64,000 nucleotides of DNA from positions 38,551 to 102,550 of the forward strand of contig CAJVCM010000015.1 of NCBI GenBank assembly GCA_910595815.1. Direction: 5' to 3'. The notes below the pieces were generated by a model. That model ran no database searches. It was not told the DNA's origin and saw nothing but the letters and a program-made list of their open reading frames with translations. Source of the stretch: Candidatus Thioglobus plumae. GTDB lineage: Bacteria; Pseudomonadota; Gammaproteobacteria; PS1; Pseudothioglobaceae. Position 1 is the stretch's first letter; each line of letters starts with the position of its first letter. The position numbers were made by a program, and so were the translations under genes. Below, piece after piece: positions 28,662-38,478 of this stretch.

Positions 28662-29594
28662 TTATAGCCAGTAAACAAAAACGAATAGGCCTAACCAAAC
28701 CACGTCTACAAAGTGCCAATACCAAGCAACACCTTCAAATCCGAAATGATTATCTGCGTTGAAGTGACCCTTCTGCACACGGTATAAAATAACCGTTAAC
28801 ATGATGACACCAACAGTTACGTGGAATCCGTGGAAACCTGTCAACATGTAGAATGTTGAACCGTAAATACCAGAAGTTAATTTCAAACCATCGTGGTACG
28901 CATGGCCATATTCCATAATTTGGAAACCCAAGAAAGCTGCGCCCAATGCAATAGTTGCCACTAACCAACCAACAATTTGATTACGGTGCCCTGCACGTAG
29001 TGCATGGTGAGCAAAAGTTAATGTTACGCCTGATGCTAATAGTAAAGCAGTATTAAGTGCTGGTAAGCCCCATGGATCAACCACCATTGCTGGTGTTGCT
29101 GTTTCTATGCCAGTAGCAGGAACAGTAGGGAAGCTCATCACAGTGCCTGATTGAAGTACAGTGTCAGTAACAGAACCTGGTGCCATGAATGCCATTTGAT
29201 GCCATGATGCACTAAATGCATTCCACAGGTCTGGAGTATAGATATTATTATCTGCTCCGCCTAACCATGGCACTGACAATTGTCTTGCATAGAATAATGC
29301 GCCAAAGAAAGCGGCGAAGAACATCACTTCAGAGAAGATAAACCAGCTCATTCCCCAACGGAATGAACGATCAACTTGCTTGTTGTAAATGCCATTAGTG
29401 CTTTCATTCACAACCTGGCCAAACCAACCAAACATCATAAACACCATGATAGCAAAACCAAGTGCCATCACTGAGCCACCCCATTCTACTCCATGCATTT
29501 GATTAGCAAAACCAACAAATAACGTTGATACACCGATTGAGCCAATAATTGGCCAGTAAGTACCTTCTGGTACGTAATATTCTTGTTCGCTCAT
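28662..29594 (-). CDS. coxC: aa3-type cytochrome c oxidase subunit III
   Basis: Seven-TM pattern with the FHGFHV motif. The start was moved to the ATG at 29594, preceded by GAGGAA. Confidence 0.9.
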   Translation of the reverse strand: MSEQEYYVPEGTYWPIIGSIGVSTLFVGFANQMHGVEWGGSVMALGFAIMVFMMFGWFGQVVNESTNGIYNKQVDRSFRWGMSWFIFSEVMFFAAFFGALFYARQLSVPWLGGADNNIYTPDLWNAFSASWHQMAFMAPGSVTDTVLQSGTVMSFPTVPATGIETATPAMVVDPWGLPALNTALLLASGVTLTFAHHALRAGHRNQIVGWLVATIALGAAFLGFQIMEYGHAYHDGLKLTSGIYGSTFYMLTGFHGFHVTVGVIMLTVILYRVQKGHFNADNHFGFEGVAWYWHFVDVVWLGLFVFVYWL

Positions 29595-29610
29595 AGTTTC
29601 TTCCTCTTTT

Positions 29611-30132
29611 TTAGCTTTCAAGTTTAAAAAAATTATAGGACAGGCTAATATCTTTTATTCGCTCATCCATTTCTGGTTCAACCACAAACCTTAAGGTCAT
29701 CTCGACCTCTTCATGTGGCTTGAATACCTGTTTATTAAAACAGAAGCATTCTAGTTTCTTGAAATAAAGTGCTGCATCTGTTGGTGCTACACTAGGGATC
29801 GCCTGGCCCATTACAACTTCGTCGGTGTTGTTCTTGGCAATGTAACTGGTGGTATAAAACTTACCAGGTATCACTTCCATCGAACTAACCTTTGGGCCAA
29901 ACTGTACTGGAAAACCACCCATCGTCATAGCGAAAAAACTCACATCGACTTTTCGATTCTCATCGACCACATATTGTTGCTCACTATCTACTCTGCCTGT
30001 CGTACCGTTAAATCCGGTAATTTCACAAAAAACATCATAGATGGGGACCATTGCATAAGCAAAGGCGAACATCAATATTGGCGCTGAGAATAATTTAATC
30101 CAGAACCCTTTAGTTATTTCTTTTCGTTCCAT
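29611..30132 (-). CDS. ctaG: cytochrome c oxidase assembly protein CtaG/Cox11
   Basis: Single TM plus the CFCF copper motif (KLECFCFNKQ). Confidence 0.9.
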   Translation of the reverse strand: MERKEITKGFWIKLFSAPILMFAFAYAMVPIYDVFCEITGFNGTTGRVDSEQQYVVDENRKVDVSFFAMTMGGFPVQFGPKVSSMEVIPGKFYTTSYIAKNNTDEVVMGQAIPSVAPTDAALYFKKLECFCFNKQVFKPHEEVEMTLRFVVEPEMDERIKDISLSYNFFKLES

Positions 30133-30133
30133 A

Positions 30134-30238
30134 TTAGCTACCAGGGTTAAAGTACACGATGGTTGCTACAAACACTCCTATTGCTATGGTGGCTACAATT
30201 AGCGCTGTAATAACGACGCCTTTTCTTCTGTCATCCAT
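30134..30238 (-). CDS. 34-aa single-TM protein between coxA and ctaG (small cytochrome oxidase-associated protein), missed by the ORF track
   Basis: Sequence [34 protein letters not shown]. Its ATG overlaps the coxA stop (TAATG), and its stop lies 1 nt before the ctaG ATG. Confidence 0.5.
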   Translation of the reverse strand: MDDRRKGVVITALIVATIAIGVFVATIVYFNPGS

Positions 30239-31845
30239 TAAGAATTTTGAGACTCAGCCTCAATCAACGCTCTTGATGGTGGTGTATTGAATGAATGGTA
30301 TTGAGCTTTTGGCTCTAATGTCCACTCTAATCCTTTTGCACTTGACCAAGGACGCGCACTAGCTGGCTTACCATTACGAACACAATCTATCACGATGTAA
30401 GTCAATAGAATGAATGATGCACCGAATGCAAAACCACCTAATGAAGAAATCAAGTTGAAATCTGCAAACTGTAATGAGTAATCAGGAATACGACGTGGCA
30501 TACCCGCAAGACCTAAGAAATGCTGAGGGAAGAACAATACGTTTACTGAAATCATTGCCCACCAGAAGTGTACTTTTCCTAATTTCTCGTTGTACATCTT
30601 ACCAGTCCACTTAGGCAGCCAATAAAATACCGCAGCAATGATTGACCATAGTGCACCCGTTACTAGTACGTAGTGGAAGTGTGCAACTACGAAGTATGTA
30701 TCGTGATACTGAATGTCTGCTGGCGCGATACCTAACATCAAGCCAGAGAAGCCACCAATGGTGAATAAGAATACAAATGAAACCGCCCATAACATTGGTG
30801 TCTCGAATGTCATTGAGCCTCTCCACATAGTAGAGATCCAGTTAAAGACTTTAACACCTGTAGGAACAGCAATTAACATGGTTGCATACATAAAGTAGAG
30901 CTCACCTGCAACTGGCATACCAGTTAGGAACATGTGATGCGCCCATACAATGTATGACAAGAATGCGATTGATGCTGTTGCATATACCATTGAAGAATAA
31001 CCAAACAACGGCTTACGCGCAAAGGTTGGAATAATATGAGAAACCACACCGAATGCTGGCAAGATCATAATATATACTTCAGGGTGACCAAAGAACCAAA
31101 AAATATGCTGGAACAATACTGGATCACCACCACCGGTCGCATCAAAGAATGCTGTGCCGAAGTTACGATCCGTTAACATCATTGTTACTGCACCCGCCAA
31201 TACTGGCATCGCACCAATTAGAAGGAATGAAGTGATTAACCACGTCCAAACAAATAACGGCATGTCCATTAATTTCATTTCTGGAGCACGCATGTTAAGC
31301 ACTGTTGCAATAATGTTAATCGCACCCATAATAGACGAGAAGCCTAATAAGTGAACTGCAAAGATAAAGAAGTCAGTACTGTCTGGTGCAAACGTTGTTG
31401 ATAATGGTGCGTAGAACGTCCAACCAAATGCTGGTGCTCCGCCTTCCATAAAGAACGTGCTTAACAAGATACCACCAGCGAATGGTAGAATCCAGAAAGA
31501 CCAGTTGTTCATGCGCGGTAACGCCATATCAGGGGCGCCTACCATCATAGGAATTAGCCAGTTACCCAAGCCAACGAAGGCTGGCATAATCGCGCCAAAT
31601 ACCATGATCAAACCGTGCATCGTTGTCAATTGGTTAAAGAACTGTGGCTCCATCAATTGTAGTCCCGGCTGTAATAATTCAGCACGAATACCCATTGCGA
31701 ATGCGCCACCAATTAATAACATAGTGAAAGCAAACCACATATAAAGTGAACCAATATCTTTATGGTTCGTTGTCTTGACCCATCTCATCAAGCCTTTTTC
31801 AGGGCCGTGATGGTGATCGTCGTGAGAAGCTGTTGCTGTTGTCAT
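30238..31845 (-). CDS. coxA: aa3-type cytochrome c oxidase subunit I
   Basis: 535 aa with the [13 protein letters not shown] and VAHFHYV motifs. Confidence 0.97.
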   Translation of the reverse strand: MTTATASHDDHHHGPEKGLMRWVKTTNHKDIGSLYMWFAFTMLLIGGAFAMGIRAELLQPGLQLMEPQFFNQLTTMHGLIMVFGAIMPAFVGLGNWLIPMMVGAPDMALPRMNNWSFWILPFAGGILLSTFFMEGGAPAFGWTFYAPLSTTFAPDSTDFFIFAVHLLGFSSIMGAINIIATVLNMRAPEMKLMDMPLFVWTWLITSFLLIGAMPVLAGAVTMMLTDRNFGTAFFDATGGGDPVLFQHIFWFFGHPEVYIMILPAFGVVSHIIPTFARKPLFGYSSMVYATASIAFLSYIVWAHHMFLTGMPVAGELYFMYATMLIAVPTGVKVFNWISTMWRGSMTFETPMLWAVSFVFLFTIGGFSGLMLGIAPADIQYHDTYFVVAHFHYVLVTGALWSIIAAVFYWLPKWTGKMYNEKLGKVHFWWAMISVNVLFFPQHFLGLAGMPRRIPDYSLQFADFNLISSLGGFAFGASFILLTYIVIDCVRNGKPASARPWSSAKGLEWTLEPKAQYHSFNTPPSRALIEAESQNS

Positions 31846-31861
31846 ACTATTTCTCCTTTAA

Positions 31862-32971
31862 TTAACGTGCAGACTTAACGTCTGAAGGTTGAACAACACT
31901 GCCTGTGTTACCAAAGGCATTTCTTTCGTAAGTAATTACTGCTGCAAGATCTGCATCACCTAACATCTTAAACAGTGGCATTGCACCTTTACCGTTTAGA
32001 ACAATGTCCATATGGTCTGCTGCTGCACCGTTTGCAATTGGAGATCCTTTCATTGCTGGGAACACTGGTGGCATACCTGAGCCGTCTTTCTTGTGACAAC
32101 CTGCACAGTTAGTGTTGTATACACTTTCACCTTGCGCCATTAGCTCATCTTTAGACCATGTCTTAGTAGCGCTTGCCACGGCCGCTGCTGCTGCTGCTTG
32201 TTGCTCAGATACCCACTTAGCGTAGTCTGCTTTAGAAACCACATCAACCACAATTGGCATAAAGCCGTGATCTTTACCACAAAGCTCAGCACACTGACCG
32301 CGGTAAGTGCCAATTTCATCAACCTTGGCCCATGCGTCATTAATAAAGCCTGGATTTGCATCTTGTTTAACACCAAATGCTGGCACCCACCAGTTGTGAA
32401 TTACGTCATTTGAAGTGATTAAGAAACGAATCGAAGTGTCAACCGGTAAAACCAAGTGCTTGTCTACTTCAAGCAAATAGTTGCCAACCGCTTCGCGATC
32501 AGCATCTGTGCCTGTTACTACGTCTTTATGAGATTGTGCCAAATTAGAAATAAAGCTAATACCCTCTTCAGGATAGTCATATTGCCATTTCCATTGGTGA
32601 CCTGTAATCTTAACACTCATCTCAGCTTTGGTCGTATCTTCCAAATCGATCAATACTTTCGATGCTGGAATTGCCATTCCTACTAAAATAATAACAGGAA
32701 CGATTGTCCATACAAGCTCTGCTTTAGTGCTCTCATGAAATTGAGCTGCTACTGCACCTTTTGATTTTCTGTGTGCAAACACAGAATAAAACATTGCGCC
32801 AAACACAACCACCGCGATTACTACACATACCCAAAATACCATCATGTGTAAATCATAAATATCATGACTGATTGAAGTTACACCTTCAGTCATATTTAGG
32901 CCGTACTCAGCAAACACATTCGTTGACATCATGGCAACCAGAGCGCTTAAAAGAGTTGTTAATCTTTTCAT
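31862..32971 (-). CDS. coxB: cytochrome c oxidase subunit II with a C-terminal cytochrome c domain
   Basis: CuA site CAELCGKDHGFM plus a C-terminal CAGCH domain. The start was moved to the ATG at 32971, preceded by GGAGG. The longer ORF-track N-terminus has no support. Confidence 0.9.
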   Translation of the reverse strand: MKRLTTLLSALVAMMSTNVFAEYGLNMTEGVTSISHDIYDLHMMVFWVCVVIAVVVFGAMFYSVFAHRKSKGAVAAQFHESTKAELVWTIVPVIILVGMAIPASKVLIDLEDTTKAEMSVKITGHQWKWQYDYPEEGISFISNLAQSHKDVVTGTDADREAVGNYLLEVDKHLVLPVDTSIRFLITSNDVIHNWWVPAFGVKQDANPGFINDAWAKVDEIGTYRGQCAELCGKDHGFMPIVVDVVSKADYAKWVSEQQAAAAAAVASATKTWSKDELMAQGESVYNTNCAGCHKKDGSGMPPVFPAMKGSPIANGAAADHMDIVLNGKGAMPLFKMLGDADLAAVITYERNAFGNTGSVVQPSDVKSAR

Positions 32972-33134
32972 AAATCCTCCAAATAAATAAATACCTTTCA
33001 TTTCGTTAATACGCAACCGCATTAAAAAACTGTTGTAAATTATACTTATATTTTCGCATTGTTTCATCAAAAAATTCAATTTTATTAAAATTTATCCTCT
33101 TATTATCAGTATAAATGGATTATTGTGACATCTT

Positions 33135-33163
33135 ATTGACAAGGGTTATCAGGTCTGTTTTAA
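33135..33163 (+). promoter_or_regulatory. sigma70-like promoter TTGACA-N17-TTTAAT for the DUF2189-ctaA-sco1 unit
   Basis: Read directly from the sequence. An AAGGAAG SD follows at the 33210 start. Confidence 0.5.
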
Positions 33164-33209
33164 TACTTATGAATCAACTACACAACTCTTTAATAAGGAA
33201 GTCAAGTAA

Positions 33210-34046
33210 ATGGCAATACCACAAACCACTAGAATGCAAGAGAACCTTGGCAAAACCGCTGAGCTCAAGAAAGTTAGTATGGGCGCGCCTTTTATCTGGA
33301 TCAGACAAGGTGTTAATGATTTTATAACCATGCCGTCTTTGGCAATATTCTACGGCATGCTTTTTACTGTGGTTTCCTATGGTGCTTGGCATTACCTCAG
33401 CACTTCTGAAACACTGGGCGATGTTGCCGCACCTTTATTGGCAGTCATTATTTTATTACTAGGACCAATTTCTGCCATGAGTCTATACGACGCATCAAGG
33501 CGTTTATCTCGTGGTGAAAAGCCAAGTATTAGCAGTGTATTTAGTGCCGCGTTTAAAACCAACGGCTCTTGCCCAAGTATTTTTCTGTCTGTTATTTTGG
33601 TAGTGCTTGCCATTGCTTGGATGATGTTCTCACCGTTGATTTACGCAATCTTTAATACGGGCTCTTTAAATATTGTGAGTGAAAACCAAACAGTGATTCA
33701 AGCAATTTTGTCCGATATTACCAGCGGTGCTAATACTGGGTTCGTAATAACATATGGTATCTTTACTGCGGTGGTTGGTTTGACCTCGTTTATGATTAGT
33801 TGGTTTTCATTCCCAATGGTATTAGAAAAAGACTGCGATCCATTTACAGCAGTTGTCACCAGCCTCAAAGCAGCCAAGGCCAACTTAATCATTATGCTTA
33901 TCTGGGTGCCAATGGTAGGTATTCTGGTGTTGGGCGCACTAATACTAACTGCTAATTTATACTTTATTGGCCTGGTGTTTGTGATCCCAGTATTGGCTCA
34001 TTCAACTTGGCACGCCTACAAGAGCATGATTGGTGAATTAAAATAA
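33210..34046 (+). CDS. DUF2189-like polytopic membrane protein commonly linked to cox clusters
   Basis: 278 aa with about six TM helices, divergent from coxB. Confidence 0.7.
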   Translation: MAIPQTTRMQENLGKTAELKKVSMGAPFIWIRQGVNDFITMPSLAIFYGMLFTVVSYGAWHYLSTSETLGDVAAPLLAVIILLLGPISAMSLYDASRRLSRGEKPSISSVFSAAFKTNGSCPSIFLSVILVVLAIAWMMFSPLIYAIFNTGSLNIVSENQTVIQAILSDITSGANTGFVITYGIFTAVVGLTSFMISWFSFPMVLEKDCDPFTAVVTSLKAAKANLIIMLIWVPMVGILVLGALILTANLYFIGLVFVIPVLAHSTWHAYKSMIGELK

Positions 34047-34062
34047 TACCGATTTGTTTTTT

Positions 34063-34099
34063 AAAGCCTCTGTGCATACATATGCACCGAGGCTTTTTT
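34063..34099 (+). terminator. rho-independent terminator
   Basis: AAAGCCTC-tGTGCATAcaTATGCACc-GAGGCTTT followed by TTT. Confidence 0.7.
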
Positions 34100-34175
34100 A
34101 TGGGGCTTTGCAAAAATAAAATTAATCATTAAAATAACGACATTATTTAATTTATGTAACAATTGGCTTCTCTTT

Positions 34176-35153
34176 ATGTTTAAAAAATTACTACAAACCT
34201 CTATTGTTTTAGCACTAATTGTGGTAATTCTAGGCGCCTATACTCGTCTCGGTGATGCAGGCCTAGGGTGTCCAGATTGGCCAGGCTGTTATGGCCAGCT
34301 AATTGTGCCAGACGCGGCTGACGGCACAAAGCTTGAAGGCTATGATCGCCCACTTGAAGCAGCCAAAGGCTGGAAAGAAATGGTGCATCGCTATGCCGCC
34401 TCAACACTTGGACTGATTATTCTAATCCTGTGGTTCTTGGCTTTAAGAGGGAAACCACAACGCTTCCAGCCTATGGTTCTGCCAAGTTTTACAGCTTTAT
34501 TTGTGATGTTACAAGGTGCGTTCGGCATGTGGACTGTGACACTCATGGTTCATCCTGGCATTGTTACCACTCATTTAATTGGAGGCTTTGTCACTACTGC
34601 GCTGCTCGTTTGGCTCTACTTAAATCAGGCCAGTCAACCTGCGGCCTATCGGCACATTTTAAAACGACACAAATTATTGCTTTTCGTAACACTGTTTGTA
34701 CTTAGTCTACAAATCATTTTAGGTGGCTGGACCAGTACCAATTATGCCGCACTTTCATGTGGCGATCAATTCCCAACTTGCCTAGATTCATGGTGGCCAA
34801 ATATGGATTTTGCTAGAGCATTATATTGGGGGCCAATTGGAGCAGAATATGACTACGAATATGGTGTGCTAGAAAACCAAGCACGCGCAGCTATTCAAAT
34901 GATGCATCGCATTGGTGCATTGGTAACCACCACATTAATTATTTCGCTAATATTTTCATTCAAACATTATGCACATTTGAAAAATAACTTACTGCTAATT
35001 GGCGGACTGCTAACAGTCCAAGTAATACTTGGCATCTTAAATGTTGTGCTGTCGTTGCCAATGTTTATCGCTGTTTTACACAATACGTTTGCACTGTTAT
35101 TATTACTTAGCATTGTTAGTCTAATACACAAAATCTTTAAAACCAACGCCTAA
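34176..35153 (+). CDS. ctaA: heme A synthase (COX15/CtaA)
   Basis: 325 aa polytopic protein with GCPDWPGC and MVHR / MMHR His motifs. Confidence 0.9.
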   Translation: MFKKLLQTSIVLALIVVILGAYTRLGDAGLGCPDWPGCYGQLIVPDAADGTKLEGYDRPLEAAKGWKEMVHRYAASTLGLIILILWFLALRGKPQRFQPMVLPSFTALFVMLQGAFGMWTVTLMVHPGIVTTHLIGGFVTTALLVWLYLNQASQPAAYRHILKRHKLLLFVTLFVLSLQIILGGWTSTNYAALSCGDQFPTCLDSWWPNMDFARALYWGPIGAEYDYEYGVLENQARAAIQMMHRIGALVTTTLIISLIFSFKHYAHLKNNLLLIGGLLTVQVILGILNVVLSLPMFIAVLHNTFALLLLLSIVSLIHKIFKTNA

Positions 35154-35180
35154 ATCACAAAATAAAAGGAATGTCGAACA

Positions 35181-35945
35181 ATGAGCAAACTCAGAAACTG
35201 TACTGAAGACAGTAATTGTGCACAAGTCAAAAGAACACGTAATACTATCATATGGATGGGGTTAGGCATTATTGTGTTGGTGTATTACTTGTTCGTCCCA
35301 AATGCCAACCAACTCAAAGACTTACAAAAACTGGTTAATCCAACCGCCTCTTTGTATTCTAGCCCTAAGTCGTTACAAGGGAAGTTCTCATTAATCGACG
35401 ATAATCGTAACACCACATCATTATCAGCAGCAGTCAGTGGCAAATGGTCTGTCTTGTATTTTGGCTATACTACGTGCCCTGATGTGTGTCCAATAGACTT
35501 GGCAATACTCAACCAAACACTAAGCATGATGCAACAAGCTGATAGATTGCAAGTTATATTTATCTCAGTTGATCCAAGCCGTGATGTTGGTAAATTAGAG
35601 ACTTTTGTCAAGCGTTTCAATACAGGTTTTATTGGATTAAGCGCTGAAGATGAAACACTAAAAAAACTAACAAGGGTACTAGGGGTTTATCACGAGGTTG
35701 TTAAGACCAAGGAAAGGGCGGAGCAAGACCACTCTCAGCATTCAGCCGACCAAGGTAACGGAAAAATGTCGATGCCGATGAAAAAAGAAATGAAAAGCGC
35801 TAAAGAAAGCAACTATTTAGTTAACCACACTGCCAGCTATTTACTGCTCAACCCCAATCTAGAGTTAACGGGTTTACTCACTAATCCACATAACGCCAAG
35901 AAAATGGCAGTCGCACTTGATTTGATTATTAAAACGCTAGACTAA
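35181..35945 (+). CDS. SCO1/SenC copper chaperone with a His/Met-rich inserted loop
   Basis: FGYTTCPDVCP CxxxC motif and the downstream NHT His ligand. An insert, ERAEQDHSQHSADQGNGKMSMPMKKEMKS, precedes the His ligand. Confidence 0.85.
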   Translation: MSKLRNCTEDSNCAQVKRTRNTIIWMGLGIIVLVYYLFVPNANQLKDLQKLVNPTASLYSSPKSLQGKFSLIDDNRNTTSLSAAVSGKWSVLYFGYTTCPDVCPIDLAILNQTLSMMQQADRLQVIFISVDPSRDVGKLETFVKRFNTGFIGLSAEDETLKKLTRVLGVYHEVVKTKERAEQDHSQHSADQGNGKMSMPMKKEMKSAKESNYLVNHTASYLLLNPNLELTGLLTNPHNAKKMAVALDLIIKTLD

Positions 35946-36133
35946 GCTAGAGCGAACTTAACGACGGCTATCACCAACATAATAAACACTCCTGTCATTA
36001 TTAAGCCAACAATAATGTAAGGCCATGGACCTTGTTTTTCTGTACGTTCAAAGTCCTTAATTAAGTCTTCTCTTTTGCCGACGCCAATCATAGCTGATGT
36101 TACCGCTTTAAATACTTGGCCTAGTCCTTTCAT
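35942..36133 (-). CDS. DUF2970-like small membrane protein
   Basis: 63 aa with a C-terminal TM, downstream of ctaB. Confidence 0.6.
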   Translation of the reverse strand: MKGLGQVFKAVTSAMIGVGKREDLIKDFERTEKQGPWPYIIVGLIMTGVFIMLVIAVVKFALA

Positions 36134-36142
36134 AACATTCCT

Positions 36143-37024
36143 TTATAAAGTAATGAGCCAGTAGTGATCTACCAGCAATGCTACAAATAATAACATTAAA
36201 TAGTTGACTGAGAACATAAATGTGGCCCAGGCAATTTTATTATCATCAGGGTTTCTGTATATTTTGATCGCATAGGCTAAAAACATAAAACCTAAAATTA
36301 AGGCTGCAGCAAGATAAATTAAGCCTGACATGCCTGCTAAATAAGGCAATAGTGTTACCAGCAATAACAACACTGTGTAAAGTAAAATTTGTAATCTAGT
36401 GTAAGCCAATCCGTGCGTTACCGGCAACATCGGTACATCAACTTTTCTGTACTCTTCAACTCGATAAATGGCCAATGCCCAGAAGTGTGGTGGCGTCCAG
36501 ACAAACACAATTAAAAATAAAAGCAATGCATATTCAATGCCTTGTGTGCCAGTAATTGCCGTCCAGCCAAGCACTGGCGGTGCGGCACCTGCAGCGCCAC
36601 CAATCACAATATTTTGTGGTGTAGCGCGCTTGAGGTACATGGTGTAGACAACCGCATAGCCAATGAGTGAAATAAAAGTGAGCACCATGGTAATGGTGTT
36701 AACAAACAGTTGCAAAATTCCCAAACCAATCACACCCAAAAACACACCCCAAACCAGAGCTTGACTGCGACTGACCTTGCCTTGTGGCAAGGGGCGTTGA
36801 TCGGTACGCGACATCTGCATGTCAATTTGCTCATCAACCACGTGATTAAATACCGCTGCAGATGCTGCGGCCATACTAATGCCGATTGAGGCGCTAATAA
36901 CTAACCATACATCAGGTAAAAATGGCGCTGGCACAGCTAAGAACATGCCGACCACAGCTGTTAATAGAATCAGCGCAACAACTTTGAGCTTACATAGTCC
37001 GAGTAAATCACTTAATGAGGGCAT
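36143..37024 (-). CDS. ctaB: protoheme IX farnesyltransferase (heme O synthase)
   Basis: UbiA-family motifs NHVVDEQIDMQMSRT..RPLP, 293 aa. Confidence 0.92.
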   Translation of the reverse strand: MPSLSDLLGLCKLKVVALILLTAVVGMFLAVPAPFLPDVWLVISASIGISMAAASAAVFNHVVDEQIDMQMSRTDQRPLPQGKVSRSQALVWGVFLGVIGLGILQLFVNTITMVLTFISLIGYAVVYTMYLKRATPQNIVIGGAAGAAPPVLGWTAITGTQGIEYALLLFLIVFVWTPPHFWALAIYRVEEYRKVDVPMLPVTHGLAYTRLQILLYTVLLLLVTLLPYLAGMSGLIYLAAALILGFMFLAYAIKIYRNPDDNKIAWATFMFSVNYLMLLFVALLVDHYWLITL

Positions 37025-37036
37025 AACAATCTCCGT

Positions 37037-37570
37037 TTAACCGATACGTGATAATTTAAGTAGGCGCTTTAAGTCTTTAAGTACACGCTTAATCACCAAT
37101 GTTTGTGGATCGTAATGTAGCATAATATTGCCCAACGGATCAATTAAAAATAAGGAATTGATTGGAAACCTCATCAATTGCTGACTGAGTGACTCGCTCG
37201 GGCGAGCGACCAATAAACCAGACTCTCTAATATCGGTAGTGCCATCAATTAGTAATAACCGTTGAATGCGACGCATGTTCTCGTTCACAAGTGTGCGTGT
37301 AGTTTTCATGTCTTTAAGTGTTTTAATACAAGCATCATCGCACTTATTGGTTACATATGCTAACGTCCATAAGCCTTGCAAACTGCCTTTGGTGTCCTCA
37401 GTAAAAACCACGTCTTGTTCTTCTGTAGTAATGATTGGATTAACAAACTCTCCGTAATTAACCGTATTGCTGGTGAAGGCTGTCGGGTTCCAGTAGAAAA
37501 ACGCTGTGCCGAGTGCAATTGGCAAAATAAACGAAGCCAATAATATCCATAATTCTTTTTTAGAATTCAT
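37037..37570 (-). CDS. membrane-anchored thioredoxin-fold/SCO-like protein of the cox assembly cluster
   Basis: N-terminal TM and a CDDAC motif. Lies upstream of ctaB. Confidence 0.5.
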   Translation of the reverse strand: MNSKKELWILLASFILPIALGTAFFYWNPTAFTSNTVNYGEFVNPIITTEEQDVVFTEDTKGSLQGLWTLAYVTNKCDDACIKTLKDMKTTRTLVNENMRRIQRLLLIDGTTDIRESGLLVARPSESLSQQLMRFPINSLFLIDPLGNIMLHYDPQTLVIKRVLKDLKRLLKLSRIG

Positions 37571-37637
37571 AAAAAACCTTGTTTGACAAAGCGCAAAATG
37601 ATACGCTTAAGTCGTTAAAAAATCAATACTGGTAAAG

Positions 37638-38411
37638 CTATAGCCTAACTTCTATGCCATTTTTTTGCATGGCCAGCTTTGCTTCGGCTACTGTATATTC
37701 CCCAAAATGAAAAATGCTGGCCGCTAGCACTGCATCAGCACCGCCCTTTAGTACACCTTCAGACAAATGCTCTAGATTACCCACACCACCTGAGGCAATC
37801 ACTGGTACGTTAACTGCATCAGAAACTGCTCTAGTCAATGCCAAATCAAAACCAGTTTTAACGCCGTCACAATCCATTGAGGTTAATAACACCTCACCAG
37901 CACCGTGTTCGCCTTCGGTCATTCTAACTGCCCACTCAACCGCATCAATTCCCGTGGTTTTACGCCCGCCATGGGTAAAAATCTCCCATTTTGGTGGGTT
38001 GCTTGACACTTGTTTTGCGTCAATGGCTATTACAATACATTGAGAGCCAAACTTTGCGCTAAGCTCATTAATTAAACCAGGATTAAAAATTGCAGCCGAG
38101 TTTACCGCAACTTTGTCCGCACCTGCGTTGAGCATTACTCTCACATCTTCAGGTTTACGAATACCGCCACCAACGGTGAGCGGAATAAACACCTGTTCGG
38201 CGATGCTTTCCACCATGTGTACGGTGGTGTCGCGCCCTTCGTGTGAGGCTGTAATATCTAAAAATGTAATCTCGTCAGCGCCCTCAAGATCATAGCGCTT
38301 AGCCACCTCAATAGGGTCGCCAGCATCTTTAATATCAACAAATTGCACACCTTTAACCACGCGACCATCACGCACATCAAGGCAAGGAATAATTCTTTTA
38401 GCTAAGCTCAT
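37638..38411 (-). CDS. hisF: imidazole glycerol phosphate synthase cyclase subunit
   Basis: [14 protein letters not shown] and further HisF barrel motifs, 257 aa. No other his genes are nearby. Confidence 0.96.
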   Translation of the reverse strand: MSLAKRIIPCLDVRDGRVVKGVQFVDIKDAGDPIEVAKRYDLEGADEITFLDITASHEGRDTTVHMVESIAEQVFIPLTVGGGIRKPEDVRVMLNAGADKVAVNSAAIFNPGLINELSAKFGSQCIVIAIDAKQVSSNPPKWEIFTHGGRKTTGIDAVEWAVRMTEGEHGAGEVLLTSMDCDGVKTGFDLALTRAVSDAVNVPVIASGGVGNLEHLSEGVLKGGADAVLAASIFHFGEYTVAEAKLAMQKNGIEVRL

Positions 38412-38464
38412 AAACGTAATTTTACCGTATTTATACTTTCAAAAGGCTGGTGCCGACCTATAGG

Positions 38465-38470
38465 TATAAT
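38465..38470 (+). promoter_or_regulatory. -10 hexamer TATAAT 8 nt upstream of the uppS ATG (leaderless-type arrangement)
   Basis: TATAATtagcgcccATG with no SD. Confidence 0.4.
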
Positions 38471-38478
38471 TAGCGCCC

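Noticed and set aside
32972-33079. Long N-terminal extensions in the ORF track: coxB (36 aa), ftsK (19866-20024), lolA (22252-22293), anmK (51847-51945), coxC (29595-29621), bioD (59286-59306) and the secreted protein (42593-42652).
   Set aside because: The extensions overlap neighbouring genes or lack an SD. Internal starts give canonical N-termini or signal peptides, and coxB has GGAGG before the ATG at 32971. The ftsK start (TTG at 20025) remains uncertain.
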